In this document: positions 11,501 to 24,690 of the stretch, one piece after another | How positions within the stretch are numbered: the stretch's first letter is position 1 | Layout of the letters: each line of letters begins with the position of its first letter | Assembly (NCBI GenBank): GCA_028023455.1 | Contig: JAQFVV010000005.1 | Location: 8,184,001-8,248,000, forward strand | From: Epiperipatus broadwayi | Lineage: Eukaryota; Animalia; Onychophora | Length of the DNA stretch: 64,000 nucleotides | Direction: 5' to 3' | Position numbers and translations under genes: made by a program | Notes under the pieces: model-generated | Told to the model about the DNA's origin: nothing | Database searches by the model: none | The model's input: the letters and a program-made list of their open reading frames with translations, nothing else

Positions 11501-12300
11501 CGTATCATCTGATATCTTATTACTGCCAATAATTTTGTTAAAACTTTTCCTTAAATACATTTCCAAACCTAATAACATTTCATCTGGCTATACCATCTAG
11601 TCCTCTTGCTTTTATATTTTTAAATCTATCTATTCCTCCATTTAATTAAGAATTCATCATTGTTCATAATCTTTAAAATCAGTCTAATAAAATGACATTA
11701 TTTTTTTGTCTTTGATCCAAGTTTTATTATAAAGATTAGTGAGAATTTCTTATGAACTTTTAAACAATAAACTATTTGGTTATTTATTTTTAGTGATAGA
11801 TTGAATATACAGTAATTGTTCTATTGAATTGTTTTAATTGAAATGTTTTTCATTTACTTTACTCAAAGGAAGATCAATTTAAGCCTTGTGATTACTTTTC
11901 TATCACTACGTTAAGCCATTTAGTACTATTATTTCTTTATCTTTATTAATAATTTTATTATTTGTTTACTAATGCTGTCACTATACTATCACAATCATTT
12001 CATCCTGCTTTTCTTTTTTCAGTAAAATGTATAATTTTACAAAATTCTTTTAACAATACTATGTTGTAAATTTAATGAGCTCTTGATATCCTGGGGTTAT
12101 ATTTAAAATAAAAAAGATCCTTAGAATTCTCATTAAGCAATCATTAATTTAAATGAAAAAAAAAAGGTTAAGTTTTTTTAAATAAAACTGTTAGTTCCAG
12201 TATTATCATAAATAATGTAAAGTAAATAGTATATTTTGTCTATTGTCCAAATAATAACTTCTGTCAATAGAAATGACATTCTGTAATCAAATACTTTTCA
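8600..12300 (-). mobile_element. Old degenerate APE-RT LINE remnant related to the 54-62 kb family
   Basis: Minus strand FKNIKARGLDGIA at about 11585-11625 (cf. LKSGKARGLDGWA at 55540) and a VGL*RG (GLRQG-like) remnant at about 10400, in the expected order; many stops; boundaries approximate. Confidence 0.6.
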
Positions 12301-12547
12301 CCTACTAATAGCTATGTTGCATAATGGATATCATTTTGATATGCTCATTATTCTCTTTTAGATTTTATGTATTTGCTACATTACATAATGATATTTTTTG
12401 AAGAAAATCATATTAGAAGCAGCCCCTCTCGATCTGCAGTCGAATGTTCTGCCAATGGCTTACACGACAATCATGGAATTAATAATAATTAAATGGCTTA
12501 TTGTTACGGATTTATAAAAGGTGAAAACCAGAAATGAGAGAGCTAAA

Positions 12548-12778
12548 GCCACGATGCATGTACGGGCATTATCTCCAGAATCAGCCATTAAACCACGCAT
12601 CTCTAATATAAAATAAATGATTCCGAATGCTCGAATGGAAAAAATAAATAAATAAATGATAGAGGCCACGATGCATGGGCATTGTCTCCAGAATCAGTCA
12701 TCTAATCACAACATTAAAACACACACCTCTAATATAAAGTAAAAGACTCCGAATGCCCGGATGAAAAAAATAATAATA
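12548..12778. repeat. Two diverged tandem copies of a ~117-bp unit
   Basis: gccacgatgcatg...ggcatt(a/g)tctccagaatcag...ctctaatataaa...tccgaatgc(t/c)cg starts at 12548 and at 12665. Confidence 0.85.
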
Positions 12779-14244
12779 CTTGCAGCTTTGATAATGAACA
12801 TTATTTATATACGATAAACACATGTAAACTCAAAACATTATATGAACTTCAATTAATCTTAGGCCTTTAAAACAACTTTATTTGAATACCTTAATCTGGT
12901 TAAATCCAATGATTAACCATTAAAATTTAATTTATATATATATGTCGTTATTAAAAATAATATACACAATAAAATAAAAACAGCAAGTCAAGTGAAAAGC
13001 TAAAAAAAAAGAATAAAATATTTTTAATTTATATAAAGCTTGTTAAACGTTATTCACGTTTCCGTACTGTCACATTGAATTATAAAACACGGTAGAGTTG
13101 AAACTTATTTGGCAATATTACTATCTTAAATGATCACAAAAAGAAAAAGGGTAAACATATAATTAATATACAAAACAAAATCACTAAATATTACCCTTTT
13201 CCCTCCTTCAGTAAATAAATGTATGAATAAAATATTAATATATATAACAATAAATTTTTTACGGAACATATCCCAGCAGGGGTCACTATATTTTATGTAA
13301 TGGCTTGTGTAAAAGATAGGATGAATGATTTGGGAAGATTGTTGATTAATATAGTAGCAAAGCTTAGAACCGGAGAATAGTTTCACTAAAATAAAAAGAG
13401 AAAATTGGGCATTAGATATAGAGAGTAAAAAAAAAATGAATATATAAAATAAGAATATTGGGTGAGAGGCATTTTATATTAATTTGATTAAAATAAGTGT
13501 CTCCACATATAAAAAGCAGACTTCATATTAATGAACTTGATATATTTTTATGCGCAAATATGCATATATATGTATAGTTAGTAAATTAAATAATAATATG
13601 CGTGGGTTAAAATTTGACAAGTTTGAAAATATCATATGGATTTGAACAAGAAAGCTTACAGATTTAAAGTTAATTAAATTGTTCCCATTTTCCAAAAGTA
13701 GATTACCAATTAAATATTACACTTTAATTAATTCATTAATAGATTATAATTTCCTTAAGTCTGTGTTTTATACGATAGTGTAAATTGTCTTGTGAATGAG
13801 TTAAACCAGCAAAATAATTTGAAATAGATTATTGAAAAAGAACTGAATAAAGTTATTAAATATCATGATTTGTATGTTACAAGAGATGATAGTTTATTAA
13901 ATTATAAATTGGTAATTAAACCATTGCAAGTAAAAAAAAAACTGTATATATATTGTAAATCAAAACTACCACTTATGTACAAGATGACAAATCATCTCTT
14001 TTTATTTCGCAATGAGTAATTATGCCATTATGAAAGTGATAATTTACAAAATACTGAAACGTTTACAAAAAAGTTCTTTCAAGTTGTTTATACTGTTAAA
14101 ATTTACTAGAGGGAACAGGATTAAATAGTTTTGCTGTTTCTAGCTGCTGTTTTTTAGTATAAATTCTATCAAAACAATATTGCTTTACTTTACAAAACCT
14201 TAGGTTTTTGTTTATTTTATATTTTTATCATTTTTTATGAAAAG

Positions 14245-17200
14245 ATGAGTTCTGATATCAATCATGACTATGAGATTAAAAAAGATACAAATTCAAGCAA
14301 GAAAGTCACTGAATCTAATATGGATGACATTGCTATGTATTTGTATTGCATTATAATAATATCAACAAGTAATAGAAAGTTAAATACTTTAAAGGTACAT
14401 ATCTAAAGATAAGAAAAGAGATAAGCATTTCCAGTTTTATCCTCCCTCTCCTCCACATTCCAAACTGCTATTTCTCTGAGGTTCATGAGTTTCCCATGCA
14501 GGGGGGGGGGGTAAAACTGGAAATGCTTATCTCTTTTCTTATCTTTAGATATGTACCTTTAAAGTATTTAACTTTCTATTACTTGCTGATATTATTATAA
14601 CGCAATACAAATACATAGCAGACATAGAAAACTCTAAGCAAAATAGAAGTTCTCAAAGAAAGGTGAATAAAAAACCTTTTGACTTTAATTCTTTGAATCA
14701 AAAAAATTTTCCTAGTAAAGAACAGTCACTAATCTATATAAATTCAAAATTGGACCCTAATCAGACCAAAAATAAATTCACCACAGATATCGTTAGAAAT
14801 AAAGATAATAGTATTGAAATGAAAAATAGTGATTTTAATGTTATTAATCATAAAAAAAGCTGTGAAAACTGTAGGAAAAAATAAGACAGCTAAATACAAC
14901 ACTAAAAAGATTAATCAAGAAGATTTTAATATTAATAAACCTCCTACATCAAATAATAAATTTTACTTAGAAGACAACCCTAATAGCTCTGAAGATAGTG
15001 AAGAAATTATTAAACGATCAATTTCCAAAAATCAGGAAAATTAACGTTAATAATGTTAAGAGGCCTAAAGATAATACTATTCTAAATAATAACACACCAT
15101 TCTCCAACTACATATGTGTTAGGAAAGATGATGCCGGTGGAGTTACACTTGCCCTTGAATTCATAAGCTATTTTAAATGAATCTAAGCCTCTGAAACAAC
15201 TTATGTTAATATGGTAAAATTTCAAGACAGCAATTCTAAAGTGCAATCAGCTAATGAATTCCAGACAAATCATGACCTATTTTGTATATTGGATGAAGAT
15301 ATTACAAATACTGATCAAAGAATGCTGATTGAAGAAAATTTATCCAATACAAACCTTAATCAATAGGATTATCATAGATTTCAATGCAACCATTCCTCAA
15401 CAATTGCACTAGTCATTCTTAAACTATTATAGTAATAAAATGATCATGCTAGCTATCACAAATATTCATAAAGATTTATTTACATTCTCAACTGATGCAC
15501 TATGCAGAGAATTGACAGCCAAGAAATTATGGACCTACATCCACAAAATACTTAGTCACCCAAACAATAGATACATGTTTATAGAATACAATGATTCACA
15601 TCAAAAACAAATAGTTAAATTCAATTAAATTCTTGGATGGAAAAGTAGTTCCAGTATGGACAGACTGATCACATTGTCTGGCCATATCAGGATTTGTTAC
15701 TTGAACTTCAGGCAAGCTGATTTGCAAAGGTTGCTCAAGCCTTATAGCACAGTTTCAGGCTTCAATTACATCCTGGAAAAAAGGGAATGTGCCTGCCCAA
15801 TTTTGCCTTTTTTACAATTTCTTTGTCCAAAGGAATTTTGTCAACAGCTATACCTATGATTCACTGTGCCAAGTTGGCCCCGCTTATAATATCCTTTCAG
15901 GGCATACTCCACATGTTTCTTCTGTCACCTATGTACACATTTGGTTAGGGATTGCCCGAGCAGCATTTGTAATAAATGCAAGCTCATAAGATTGAAGTTT
16001 CACAAATGTGAAGATGTGACTCCACACCACAAGCAGATGGCTTTTTCCATTCTTAGTAAACCTCAACCACCACAATCTGCCGATCTTCTCTTTTATTAGG
16101 CCATTCAGAACTCAACAAAATAGAAGTTGCAGATTCTTGAACCCGTGCAGTTACAACATTCTGATCTGTTCTTGTCAATTCATCCTGTTTTAACAAAAAC
16201 ATTTAAATCTAAAACTAATAATGCATGACACCAAGGTTATTTCATCCAGCACTGAGTTGGATTCAACTCTAACTTGCCCACGCCAAGACCCAAATCTAAA
16301 AGGAAAGCAAAAGGTGGTGATACAAGAACAAGATTATCTTCAACCTCCCCACTTCCTTTTGAAACATCTGTTTCTGGGAAAAATTCCTCGGACGAGTGGG
16401 GTATTTCCAAAAGTAAAGGCAAGAAATTGAAATCTAACAACCTAGAACTGTTCTTAAATAGTCCTCAAACTTTAGATGCTAAAGGAAAAATTAATGAAGA
16501 TTCAGATCAAACAGACATGATAACATTTATATGAGCATGATCGACCTCAAATACAGCAAGTTAATGTTACATCTGATCAAGCTTAAAGGATTAACCTTTT
16601 AGATGGGAAAGACATGATTATTGTCTCTAATGATGAATACAAACTTTTTTTTGCAACAACTCCAACTCAAATTCTTTAATGTGCCAATTGCTCTTTTGTT
16701 AATTTGTGAACCTTTTTATGAAACTTAAATTTGCGGATGTTAATGTTCAGGGCCTCAATTCCATCAAGAGAGTGGATGCCATCTCTCACTGTATGTGCCT
16801 CTTCTCATTGGATGTGCTTTTCCGAAACTAGGCTACACTTTAATACAAATACTGAAATCATCTCTAAATTACAGAAAATTGGTTCTCTTCACTACTCCAC
16901 TGCTAGCCATCCCTCAGTCAGTGTTGCATTACTCATTCTCTTCAAATCAATAATCCAATGTTTCAAAGTAAACTTTCTGAATGACAATTTTATTTTTGTC
17001 ACTATCATGATCAACTCATTCAAATTTAATATCACCTATGTTTATCTAAAAGAAAACACTTCTTTGATTCATGGAGTTATCCAATTAATTAATATTGCAC
17101 TAAACATCAATCCGTTTCCCACCATATTACTAGGCAATTTCAATTTAAATTATGACTTCAAGGCTGAATTTATACATTTGCTAAACTACAGATTGATGTG

Positions 17201-20068
17201 TGCACAAGGTTTCTTCCCAATAGATGCATGTTCTTATTACACTAGACAGTTTGCCAACTTAAAAGATTTAATTTAGTACTCTCCTGAATTACATTTTTAC
17301 CTGGATCTATCTCAGCAAATGGTTCCCTTTTTAGACTGCCATGCTCTCATGATTTCTCTCTTTGAATTTGCACCACAACCCTGTGCACAGATGAAATCTA
17401 CAGTAAGAATTTTTACTCAAATCTTCCACTCCAGAGGCAATCATCTCTGAAACATATATCTTATTTTAATAAAATCAGTATTCTTACCCTTCATCTAGCT
17501 GAGGGTTGTTTTGCATTTGTAAACATCCTTACCACTATCATTGCATTGTACACAAAAAACAAAGGCCGACTGCCCTGCTACATAGGTTGGAAGACATTAA
17601 CAAAACATTGAAAGAGATGCCACCTTCACCAGCCACTGGTCAATCTATAATTACAATGAAGCAAATTTATAAATATACCCACCAAATGCTGATTGATTAT
17701 CTGGCAACCAAGAGATTGAAGTTGTTTCTAGTGAAACCTCAATTTTTCAAAGGGTTATCTACATTGGACTCTGCATATCCAAAACAGGTCTAAAACCCCC
17801 TCGTCTATTAGAGTGGAGGGTGGTATCTTCATGGGAAATAACTTGATGATTCAGATCCAATTTTTTTTTAGGAGAAAAGAGGGGGGTTTTTTTTTTTTTT
17901 TTAAAATTTTTGGGAAATAACCAATTTGGGGGTGGTCTTTTTTTTTTTGGAGGATGATGTGTAATAAAAGCCAGCCTCCATGCTGGATAGAAAACTTTCA
18001 ATTCTCCAAGGGATTTCTAAATTCTTGATTAAGCACCTGGAGGCATTCTTAGTTCCTATCATCTATGGAATGATTAACCTTCTTGCCTCCAGGTGTCTAG
18101 AAATTGAGGACCTTTATCCAGTAGTCATGGTCCCATTTCTTAAGAGTGACATGTCTTTTGAAAACCTTAGACCTATTTCCATGACACTGTTCTTAATAAA
18201 ATTGATTGAATCAATAGTTAAAGATAAAATCCAGGAACAAGTTCTGCATTCAATTTCAAAACTCCAGTTCACCAGGAAGGATTTTTTTATGGTGGAGGCC
18301 CTAAGCCTCTTTAATCTGATTGTTGACCACACCAGAAGATTCAGAAAATCCAAACCAATAGTGGTCCAATTGGATATTGCTGGGGCATTCGATTCCATGA
18401 GAGTTCAACATCTTATTTCCCTTCTTGGCGGATTGGATATTCCCACTGGGATTATAAAATATAATTTCAAATATCAAACAATAGACAGATTGCAATTTTC
18501 TTAAATAGGAAAATTACTGGATGAAACTTGCCAAATCCATCCCACAGGCTCTCCTTTTAGTCTTTGCTTATCATGCTATATATGAACCCGCTCCTGAAAT
18601 CCTTGGAACAGAACTTACCTGGATTATTTATCCCATCCATAAACAAAAATATTAACTTCATTGCCTACATGGATGACCTGGTTGTGTTCTTACCATTGTG
18701 CAAGTTTACACCTGCTATGGCAACTCATGCATAACTCTTCTAATGAGTCAGGTTTGTCTTTTGATCTAGCCAAATCTTTTGGATGGAGGATATCCTCAGG
18801 GAACAGTCCCATCTCCCTTTTCTGCTAAGCCTCACAAATTTCTGGGATTACAGTTAATCTTTCTCCATCAGCTTGGAAAAAAGTCATAGAACACTCAATT
18901 ACTAGAGCAGCTGCAAAGATCACCAATTCCCTTGCAAGGGTGTACATGTCATTCTCTGTGAAGGTAGCTTTGTTAAACATGTTGCTGTTCTCCAGGATAA
19001 CATATTTTATGCCATTTATGAAGTTTATTGGTAAATTTGTTCATGGTGTTAATTCTCTTTGCTCTCAACTTGTGTGGAAGGGCAAAATGGTTGCAATTAG
19101 CCTCAACAAAATTCAAAGACCATCCAAATTAAATGGGTTGGGGCTACATTCACTTCAAGTGCTTTGGCTCCAGTGCTCATATAATCTATTGCACAAGTTG
19201 AATTTAGTTCTCCCACATTTCATGCCCCAATTTGAAATGTCATACTACACTCCTCCACCTTGTAAAATCTCTTGGCTTTTGGAATTAATAGAAGACATTT
19301 CAAAAATTAATATACCACCCACTGGATCAAAACCTTCAAAAATATGCTATTGGGATGCATAATCATCTAATTCATGATCTTAATGCACCCAATAGGACAG
19401 TCTTCAACATTTTTATCTTTGGCCTTATTAAAAAAATTTAAATGGTGGTGGCTTAAGTCAAAGTACTTTGATTTTCTTATCAATGTTAACCTTAATGCCC
19501 TTCCCACAGCTTTCTGGCAGTGAATAGAGAATTTTCATCTTTAGATCCTATTTGCTTATTATGCCATTGGGGAGAGGACACCATCAAACATATTTTCAAT
19601 CAATCTACTGTGTTACACCAATGTAGATACCTAATTTACTTTTTGTTCAGGGAAAAATACCTGCTTATTACAACTTTAACACATGCAATTAATGCAGGCA
19701 TATGTGCTGTAGTTAGGTGTGCTACCTTTTTAGCATATTCTATGTGGCTTATGAGGTGCTAACTTCTTTTTGATACCAATAGCACTGACCCTAGGCAAAC
19801 TCATAAATAAATTGAAGACAATGAGGGACAAGGACATGAGGCTGGCAACTGAAATGACCTACAAGACAATGTGGGAATTAATAGACTTTGATAGATCTTC
19901 TGATTCCTAAGAAACTTTAACCTAACTGAAAATTATCAATTACCATTGATATCTATCCTTTTTTTTCTTTGTGTTTGTTTTAATTCTTTATACATGAACA
20001 TATTGGCTCATAAATTGTACACCTCTTGATAAAACCTTGTACAAATAAACCCGTTTTGATAAAAAAAA
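14245..20068 (+). mobile_element. Degenerate near-full-length L1/Tx1-type LINE (ORF1 with CCHC knuckle; ORF2 APE endonuclease-RT-C-terminal zinc finger)
   Basis: ORF1 remnant starts MSSDINHDYE at 14245; CFFCHLCTHLVRDCP knuckle at 15914-15958; ORF2 start MKLKFADVNVQGLNSIK at about 16720; LRPISM, LDIAGAFDS and IAYMDDLVV RT motifs; KLNGLGL; CLLCHWGEDTIKHIF; AATAAA and A-tract at about 20044-20068; many stops and frameshifts. Confidence 0.88.
14331..14620. mobile_element. 290-bp MITE with 109-bp terminal inverted repeats and 5-bp TSD (GACAT)
   Basis: Arms 14331-14439 and 14512-14620 differ at 2 positions; GACAT at 14326-14330 and 14621-14625; removing it rejoins the LINE ORF1 frame (ESNMDD/IETLSKIEVLKER). 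Confidence 0.88.
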
Positions 20069-20136
20069 TATGATACTAAAGTTAAAACAAAATATATACA
20101 AAATAAAACAAAAAAAAAAAAAAAGAAATTAGTCAA

Positions 20137-20217
20137 GCATTGGTGGTCGAGAGGTCAGTGACAGCTGTTTTACAAGCAGTTATCCCGGATTAGTGGGTTT
20201 GCTTCCCGGCTGATGCT
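20137..20217 (+). repeat. tRNA-Gly-derived SINE-like repeat
   Basis: GCATTGGTGGTCGAGAGGTCAGTGACAGCTGTTTTACAAGCAGTT...GGGTTTGCTTCCCGGCTGATGC follows the tRNA-Gly scaffold with an insertion in the T arm and an A-rich tail; homologous to 53349-53428. Confidence 0.75.
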
Positions 20218-21169
20218 ATGATATGTGAGAGAAAAAAAGAAATTAGGTTACAGATTAGTAAAAATCATTAATATGTAAGCCTTCACTCTGACTTATGAAC
20301 TTTAACTTAGGAATACTTGTCATGTATGAATATTTAAATTCTATCATTTACCTTACAGAATTATATTATGTTCATTACTAGTTAAATGAATAAAAAAATA
20401 TTATTTCTTACTTCCAGTAAATAAATACTTAGCATAATATTTTTATCAATCAAAATATATTTTTAAGTTCATTCTAGATTAATAATTTTTTTTTTTTTTG
20501 TAATTTATGTCACTTTAAAAAGAAACTTACTACTCAAGCTAAATTTTTAAAATATATATATAGGGACTTATTTAATGTTTGATTTTGTATTCCACATAAT
20601 ATTAATAGATTGTAATAATTCAAAAAATATACCTTTCAAATAAAAAATATCCTACATGAAATTTTATATACATAAGTGAATCTAGATATAATACTGAAAA
20701 AAGATTAAAAAAGCACCAATTGTTATATAAATTTATAAATAATAAGAGTAAAAATGATTTAATAGCAGCATCTGTTTTCTTTGATCATAAAAAAAAAACG
20801 TGTTAACTTTCAATTTTGATCTAGAAAATGCTAGGATATAATAAAAGAAAAAAGTAATTGTTATAAATAGAAATATGATAGCTTTAATTAATAAACAATT
20901 TTGCAAATGCTAAAATTCATAAATCTTGAGTTATGATATGATGAAGAAATTAATTGAAAGTATTTCTGTGGTTTATTTTTGCTATTTATAAGATATATTA
21001 TCACTGTTATAATTAATTATTCTTTTTACAATAATTACTCAATAATGGACATTTTATTTTATTTGGAATTTACTAAATCTTACTTATGTATAATTAGTTG
21101 GGAATTGAATGAAACTTACCTCTGTCAAATTGAAGTTGATTTAATTAAATTTTTAATTGTCATTAATTG

Positions 21170-23900
21170 CTCCCCCCCCTCTCCTGTTTAAAATTACTGC
21201 ACAGATAAAAAGAATTAGATATGATAAATATGTGTTATAGTGACTCACTTTCTTTTCCCCACTCTCCTGCCTAATAAAACTTCAAGAATGAATTCAGAAT
21301 TGTATTCATGGCAAGTAAAGGATAGGAGTGAGAGAGATTCACTCTGGAGATCTCAAAATGGATCTAGGGTTTATATCAATCTCAATAGTCTATTATTATT
21401 TGCATATGCATTCAAATCCAATGAATTTTCTTATTACTAACTATGTGTAACATAATAATTTTGTTTTATATATTTTATTATTGTAATTTATTATATTAAA
21501 GTATATATTTTCATTTAAACAACTAACTTGTTTCTTTGAATTTGTCAAAAATATTTATCCAGCCTGAATGTGATTGTTAATTTCACTCAACCCAAGCTGG
21601 ACAATGAGTCCAAGAAAAGTAGAACCTAATTGTAATCAAGAGATTTTCAAATTTCATATTAATTAATAATGGCCTCAAAAATGCAAATGCCCATTTGAAA
21701 AGTTTGTAGTTGATAATTCCACAATTTGGCTATTATTCATTAAATATGTAGGCATTTTTTTTATTGTCAACAATTTTCAAGTGAAGATCAAAAATACAGC
21801 CACATTGCTGAGATTCAGCTGATTAAAAAGTCATGGAAATAGCAAATTGTATATATGAACTGGCAGTACCAAAAGCTTTCACTACAATGAAGTTGTAGAA
21901 AAATTATTTACACATTTCCCCCACCTCCCTTTAAATATATTATGAGGCTCAATTTCAGAAATTAACCCAAGATAAAGGGGAAGAATTTCAAGGAGTATGA
22001 TATGACTCTCTGAGATCTGCCAAATCATGCTTATGATCAATTTCTGCAGAAGACCATTTTTAATAATTTCTTAAAATTTAAAGAGCAGCTACTTTTAGAC
22101 ACTGACCTAACTTATAAAGAGGCTATTAAGATGAATTCTGAAAACAATCCTACTGTAATCTGATCTTTTATCATTTAAAAAATCATTGGAATAAAAAACA
22201 AAACACAAATACACCAAAACAAAAATGACAGCAAATTCAACTGTTACTAAGGTGAACAAACTGGGCAACAGAGCTTATAATTTGCATAGATAATCAAGAG
22301 AAGTGCATGAATTGTGTGTCAGGAGTCATTTAACATTAATATATTGAAAACTTAGAGAAGAAAAGCAAAGGCAATTTAAAATATCAAATGGAATGAAGCT
22401 TAACTACTTATCATACTCCTAGTGTTAATTGAAAAAGAACATTTTAGTATAGGGTTTATTATCAAAAGAAATGCATGAAATTGTGTATCAATGGTCATTT
22501 AGCAATATGTTGAAAGCCTAAAACAGAGAGGAAAGGCAAAAGCAATTTAAAAATTTTTAAAAATATCAAATGGAATGAAGCATAATTGGTGCTAATACCC
22601 TTTAAAGATTGGAAAGTTGCAGTTACTAATAGACACAAACTCCTGTCTATTGAAAAAAATAACTTGTGAGCTAAAGATATAAATGGCTATACTGTGGAAA
22701 TAATAGATATTGTTAAAATGCAGATAAATTAAAAGCTAAAAAACTTAGATTAGCCATATACATAGTGTTTTTTCTGAAGGTTTGTGATGATGGTGTTCTA
22801 AATGTATTTGTATATCGGGCTATTTCCATCATCTAATATGTGTGTTGAAGGTCTTTAGAAAAGTTTAATTTTAGTTAAATATTCCAGATGCATTTGGAAT
22901 ATTTAACGAAAACTAAACTTTTCTAAAGACATTCAACACACATATTAGATGATGGAAATAGTCCAATATAAAAATATAGCCATATACATAGTTTATAAAG
23001 AGTTAAATCCAATAGTAGGCCAAAATTGGTTTAAAACTTCTCAGGATACTTTTTATTTTCCTAAAAAAGAATTAACATTGAAAAAGAAATCCATAATAAG
23101 TTTCCAGATCTATTTAAGAAGACAAAATTAGATGACATAAAAATATTCCTTCAATCCCTGTTATATTTAAAGGTATTGTATGCACATTAAAGAAATAATT
23201 GAAAAAGCACAATGACAATATAGAATGACATATTGAGCTCAATTAAACATTCAAAGTGGATCACTCATGACAGTTATAAGTCGGTCAGTAAAGTATAGAT
23301 TTGCAGGGATTATTGGCTGACAATTGACAAAAATTTGTATAAAAGTACCACCTGGTATTTGATTCTAAAGAAATCCTGACTTCATTACAGAAGTCGTACT
23401 TTTCCGGACTTGATCTTCAGATTGCATTTCACCAAAAAGCCATGATTAAAGAGACATCTGAATTGTTAAAGATCACAATCCACTTGGTACTGTTTAATTA
23501 CAATTATCTTTCATTTGGTGAATAATGTAGCATTCATTTTTTTTCAGGCAAAGCTAGATAGGTTGATTAATTGATTGGAGGAAGTAATCTCTTATTTTGA
23601 CGGTATATATTGAGTAATGGTAACTCAGAAAAATCCTCTGGAAGAGAGTAATTAAAATATTATGGAATTCAAAGGATTTGATGCAATTAAATAAAGATAA
23701 ATGTCTAATAAAAAATAAAAATTTCTGGGTCATTTCATATCACATAGAGGGAAAGGCCTCAGCATGTGATAAAGTTAGAGCAGTAAAATGTACCTAGGCC
23801 AAAAACAATTTCAAGCATTGCTGGGACTGATCAATTACATCAAAGTTTTTCTTAAGGCAGAAGTGGGAAACTTTTTTTGCTACTTATAATATCATTCACC
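21170..23900 (+). mobile_element. Highly degenerate Ty3/Gypsy LTR retrotransposon relic
   Basis: RT remnants FSGLDLQIAFHQ (about 23400-23435) and FLGHFISHRG (23722-23751); duplicated knuckle-like segment at 22280-22590; leader resembles 31560-32000; boundaries approximate. Confidence 0.6.
22751..22992. repeat. ~172-bp loopless palindrome inside a 210-bp insert flanked by a 16-bp direct repeat
   Basis: Palindrome 22805-22976 centred on ATGCAT (22888-22893); tagccatatacatagt at 22751-22766 and 22977-22992. Confidence 0.85.
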
Positions 23901-23954
23901 GGACATACAAAATTATCAGTTTAAAAATTAATTACTATATTTATCAAATATTTA

Positions 23955-24690
23955 ATGAATATAGGCAACCTTTTCAACTTGAAGCCAATTTCAACTTTCC
24001 CTTTTTAAATGAGAGCCGTACTTTTTTTGTGAATTAAAAATAAAGTAACATCATTATAATTAATATTTAACTAATGACTGTTCCACATTTAATGACAGTT
24101 TTTCCAATCTGTTTCTTAATATTGTTTTCCTTATTATTAAATAAAATATTTTTCAGATATATCAGGCACATTAGTTTACTATTTATTTCTATAAAATAAA
24201 ATAAGCATTGGTCTATTTCTCTTGACATATGTGATTTTTTGTGTCAATTTTTCTTATCTTAAGCAATGTAGCCATCTTAATAATAATAAAAATTCAATGC
24301 AAAATGATGATAAAACGAACTAAAATTCGAGATTTATTTTTGCAAGCATATATACTTCTGTGAAAATCACTTTAAAAATAAAATTGCCTCATGATTTTAG
24401 ATTAAATGCATAGTCAGTTAGACTACTCAATATATGTAATCTTCTGGAATATTGCATCTCTGATAGAATGAATTAAAACTATAACAAAACTTGAAGAGAC
24501 AAAAAATGTAGTTCAGAAAATAAATATTGTATTTTATTTTAATTCTTAATTCAATATTTGCCCAACACTCATACTTGAATTGAAATTTTATATAGGCCAT
24601 TTAAGATTTATTTTTTAAAATGTCTGCAGGGTCTATCAAGGGTTTTGAAGACAGGATTTGGCCCACAGATCAGAAATTCCCTACCCCTAC
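23955..24690. mobile_element. Possible degenerate non-autonomous hAT element
   Basis: Ends resemble hAT termini: tataggcaaccttttc at about 23960 and ggcccacagatcagaaattccctacccct at about 24660-24688; no clear TSD. Confidence 0.35.

Noticed and set aside
17860-17950. Run of T and G homopolymers inside the Tx1-type ORF2
   Set aside because: Looks like low-quality or slipped sequence; ORF 17759-18001 (PPKKKRPPP...) is an artefact of it.
23385-23425. Minus-strand CTGAAGA...GAAA-AGT-ACG-ACT-TC resembling a hammerhead
   Set aside because: Stem III pairs but stems I and II do not, and it lies in the Gypsy RT coding remnant.
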